Assembly: GCA_020630335.1 (NCBI GenBank)
Contig: JAHDBN010000004.1
Coordinates: 9,258 to 73,257, forward strand
Reading direction: 5' to 3'
Source of the DNA: Bacteriovoracaceae bacterium
Lineage (GTDB): Bacteria; Bdellovibrionota; Bacteriovoracia; Bacteriovoracales; Bacteriovoracaceae
DNA length: 64,000 bases
The position numbers were made by a program, and so were the translations under genes. Shown in pieces: positions 61,321 through 64,000 of the stretch (within the stretch, counting starts at the first letter, position 1; the number at the start of each line of letters is the position of its first letter). The notes below the pieces were generated by a model, which was given only the letters and a program-made list of their open reading frames with translations, was not told where the DNA came from and searched no databases.

Positions 61321-64000
61321 AGTTTAGCTCTGAACAAAATGAAGTCTTAAATACAAAAGGATCTTTGATTCTATCAGCAGGAGCTGGAGCTGGGAAAACA
61401 TTTATTGTAGTTGAATATCTCATTAAGTATTTTACCGATTTGTTAGATGAGCATAAAAATCAAAGTCTAGATGATTATGTAAAAGAAGAACTAAGGTTGT
61501 TGTGTGTTGTGACTTTTACGAAGAGAGCGACATTAGAGCTAAAAGAAAGAATTGAAAAAAAGTTACAAGTTTTGAAAGAAGAAGATAAGCGTTTTCAAAG
61601 CATCTATAAAAATATTAATTATCTGTTTGTAGGAACTATTCATGCCCTTTGTTTAAAAGTGTTAAAAGATAAAAATATCCTACGACATGACCAAGAGCTA
61701 GTATCTGAGGTTGCGATTAAGAGAAAAATTTTAAACCTTACGAGAGAAGGCATAAATATATTGGAAAAAAATAGAGCTGTTTTTGATTTTAATGAAAAGG
61801 CTTTAGTTGAAACTCTTTTTAGTATTTTTAATGATGCTACTCAGCGAATGAACTATAAGGATGATGATCTTAAAGGGCATAAAGATTATATTGAAATGTT
61901 TTTTCTTAAAAATACCTTCGAGATCATTGATAAGATAGACGATCCTAAGAAAGCGTGGGAGAAACAGCTAAATACATTACTTCCAATACTAAAAGAAGAG
62001 AAAGTGTTAAAGAAATTTGATCTTCTAAATGAATTTTTTAAGCAAAGAGCTTCTAATCCAAGAGGAGCAGATGATATTAGCGAGAATGTTGAAGTATTTT
62101 TCAAAGATCTAAAAAAGTTTAAAGAAAACTTCAAGGCCTTTTCTCAGATAATTGAAGATTTTAAAAATAATAAAGAAAACTATGAAGTTTTTCATAATGG
62201 ACTTGTGAGTATCTTTAGCTATATAGAAAAAAATTATTTTAAAGATCATACGATCTCTTATGCTGATATTGAGTATTTAATGAGTGTCACAGAAGAAAAT
62301 ATCTCATTAAGTTTAAAGAAAATTATTGTGGATGAGTTTCAAGATACATCTGCAATTCAAACTGAAGTGATAAAAAAATTAAGTCCTCACCCAGAATCTT
62401 ACTTTTTTGTAGGAGATAAAAAACAAGCAATTTATGGCTTTAGGGGTGGAGATGTAAGAGTTTTTAGTAAAGAAGAGAAAAATATTAAAAACTTAAGTTT
62501 AACTCAAAACTTTAGATCTCAAAAAAAGATTGTAGACTTTAATAACAATCTCTTTTCTTCTCTTTTAGATTTTAAAAATACTTCTCAGACTACGGATAGT
62601 GAAGGAGGAGAAGTTTCTTTTTATGATACACATTCACTACCCGAGAAAGCGAATTCAAATAGTCTGAGAAAAATTGAAGCAATGATTTTAGGAGATTTAC
62701 TTAATGCTTCAATGAAAAAATCAGAGAATGAAACATATGCAGTTTTATATAAATCTTTAACAGGGGTGAATGCTTTAATTGAAGTGTTATTAGATAAGAA
62801 AATACCTTTTATGGCTGAACTTAAGATTAATTATTCTGATGAACCCTTACTTGAAATTCTAATGCATTTATTATCAATGTGTTTAGCATCAGAAAATGAA
62901 TCAATAGAAATAGACAAGTGTTTATATTTTAGCAATGGAATTCTTTTTCATTTTGGATGTAAAGAGAAGTTAGATTTGCGAGATATTGAGAAGTTTAAAG
63001 AGAATATATTGTTGCATGGAGTATATTTTTCTTTTTGTGATTTACTAGCTTCGAAGAAAATATCAGTATCGGATTACAGAAGTAATTTATTTATTATTAA
63101 AGAGATATGTTTTTTATTTAAAAATAATAAATCAGAAATTTTTCATTTCTTAAATTCTTCTAGATCACAAAAAATTAAGATTGGAATAAAAAAAGATGTT
63201 CATCATCGCTATGTAGAACTTCTTTCCATACACTCCTCCAAAGGCCTTGAATTTGACTGGGTTGGGGTTGCTGATCTTCACCATACGAATCAAGTCGCAA
63301 AATTTAGTGAATTGTCACTTGGATCAATCTCTGCATTTCGTTTTAAAGATTTTAAGTCCTATGATTTTAAGACTCCCCAATATTTTTTTAATCTAGAGGA
63401 TAAAAAGAAGAAAGAGCTAGACGAAGATAAGAGATTATTTTATGTCGCATCTACAAGAGCAAAAAAAACTTTGAATTTTGTTTGCTTTGATGAAGTTTCT
63501 ATAGGGAAAAAACCTAGTTGGGCAGATTACTTAAAGATGGCTTTGTTAAATAAGAAAACTGAAAAAATAAAAGTTACAGAGAAAAGTGATTCTAGTATTA
63601 AACAACCTTTTATAAAATATGATCTTGGAATAAGAGAAAAGAAAGAGAACTTATCTTTTATAGGATGTGATGTAAGTGTAAGTTCTTTATCTAAACTCGA
63701 ATTTTGTCCTCATTACTTCTACTTAAGTGAGGTCTTAAAAATTCAAGATAATGATTTAAGAGAAATAAAACTTTTCCCGGATTTTAAGGAAAAAGAAAAG
63801 AAGAGTTCTTTGAAAAGAGGTAATTCAATTCATTTTGAGCTAGAGAAGTATTTTAAGGATGGAATTAAAAATAATAATTCAAAACATAAAAATGAAGTTG
63901 ATTTTGTTATAGAAGAATTTTCAAAACTTCAATCTTCAAGAGTCTTCTCAGAGCAAGAAATGAAATTTTCTTATAAGCAATTTATGGTTTCAGGAATTAT
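61317..64000 (+). CDS. addA: AddA/UvrD-type helicase-nuclease, N-terminal ~894 codons (continues beyond the window end)
   Basis: Not in the track because it is open at the edge. My translation from ATG 61317: MKFSSEQNEVLNTKGSLILSAGAGAGKTF.. (Walker A), ..IIVDEFQDTS.., ..VGDKKQAIYGFRGG.., ..LTQNFRSQ.., ..SIHSSKGLEFDWV.., ..RLFYVASTRAKK.., followed by the start of a C-terminal nuclease-like region (..LEFCPHYFYL..). Confidence 0.8.
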   Translation, partial: MKFSSEQNEVLNTKGSLILSAGAGAGKTFIVVEYLIKYFTDLLDEHKNQSLDDYVKEELRLLCVVTFTKRATLELKERIEKKLQVLKEEDKRFQSIYKNINYLFVGTIHALCLKVLKDKNILRHDQELVSEVAIKRKILNLTREGINILEKNRAVFDFNEKALVETLFSIFNDATQRMNYKDDDLKGHKDYIEMFFLKNTFEIIDKIDDPKKAWEKQLNTLLPILKEEKVLKKFDLLNEFFKQRASNPRGADDISENVEVFFKDLKKFKENFKAFSQIIEDFKNNKENYEVFHNGLVSIFSYIEKNYFKDHTISYADIEYLMSVTEENISLSLKKIIVDEFQDTSAIQTEVIKKLSPHPESYFFVGDKKQAIYGFRGGDVRVFSKEEKNIKNLSLTQNFRSQKKIVDFNNNLFSSLLDFKNTSQTTDSEGGEVSFYDTHSLPEKANSNSLRKIEAMILGDLLNASMKKSENETYAVLYKSLTGVNALIEVLLDKKIPFMAELKINYSDEPLLEILMHLLSMCLASENESIEIDKCLYFSNGILFHFGCKEKLDLRDIEKFKENILLHGVYFSFCDLLASKKISVSDYRSNLFIIKEICFLFKNNKSEIFHFLNSSRSQKIKIGIKKDVHHRYVELLSIHSSKGLEFDWVGVADLHHTNQVAKFSELSLGSISAFRFKDFKSYDFKTPQYFFNLEDKKKKELDEDKRLFYVASTRAKKTLNFVCFDEVSIGKKPSWADYLKMALLNKKTEKIKVTEKSDSSIKQPFIKYDLGIREKKENLSFIGCDVSVSSLSKLEFCPHYFYLSEVLKIQDNDLREIKLFPDFKEKEKKSSLKRGNSIHFELEKYFKDGIKNNNSKHKNEVDFVIEEFSKLQSSRVFSEQEMKFSYKQFMVSGI

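Noticed and set aside
2686-62134. Other short ORFs in the track that lie antisense to, or nested within, longer genes. Their start coordinates are 2686, 7514, 8858, 9523, 11511, 17966, 20251, 21009, 22883, 26345, 32751, 34064, 38623, 38747, 40418, 44200, 46279, 49273, 52773, 54431, 54913 and 61886.
   Set aside because: Each lies fully inside a longer ORF with recognisable motifs or a coherent signal-peptide/TM architecture. None has a convincing RBS, and all are typical shadow ORFs.
1-64000. Searched by eye for CRISPR-like direct repeats, IS/transposase, integrase, phage, toxin-antitoxin or known defence-system genes
   Set aside because: None was recognised. All intergenic regions are shorter than about 370 nt and are accounted for by promoters, terminators, the 5S gene or leaders. 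A computational repeat search would still be needed to exclude short dispersed repeats.

Overview
The window is visibly AT-rich (about one-third G+C by eye) and densely coded on both strands. It looks like a core chromosomal segment of a Gram-negative bacterium: it has an LPS heptosyltransferase-type GT9, RseP, lipoboxes and a Tat signal. The mix of RNase Y, AddAB-type recombinase, EpmA and many secreted hydrolases fits a Bdellovibrio/Bacteriovorax-like or related lineage. That taxonomic guess is inference only.

Recognisable housekeeping genes:
- valS (partial) and hisS
- ftsK
- the conserved rpsB-tsf-pyrH-frr-uppS-cdsA-rseP block, followed by tsaB, a psd-like gene, pssA and truA
- tig, nadC-nadB, rimO, epmA, ftsY, zapA, a 5-formyl-THF cyclo-ligase gene, rny, a leucine-dehydrogenase-type gene and pdxH
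- an addB/addA-like pair that runs off the right edge

There is one RNA gene, a stand-alone 5S rRNA with its own promoter and terminator. I saw no tRNA, CRISPR array, transposase, integrase or phage genes.

I cannot demonstrate a novel system from sequence alone. The candidates I consider most worth following up are:
1. A translationally coupled minus-strand operon (51131-56502) joining a membrane di-heme/Fe-S/CCG oxidoreductase to three orphan secreted proteins, one of them very Cys-rich.
2. A DAP-decarboxylase-type PLP enzyme with a convincing twin-arginine export signal (9245-10639).
3. An ECF sigma module followed by two tandem paralogous secreted HKD phospholipase-D-like genes (31861-37187), with a divergent Arg/Tyr/His/Pro-rich mini-protein.
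4. A YbjQ-YbjQ(TM)-M48 protease operon (10636-12218).
5. A consensus promoter with a structured leader upstream of a CNNM/CorB-type transporter gene (46068-46270).

All functional calls come from motif recognition by eye. No database searches were run.
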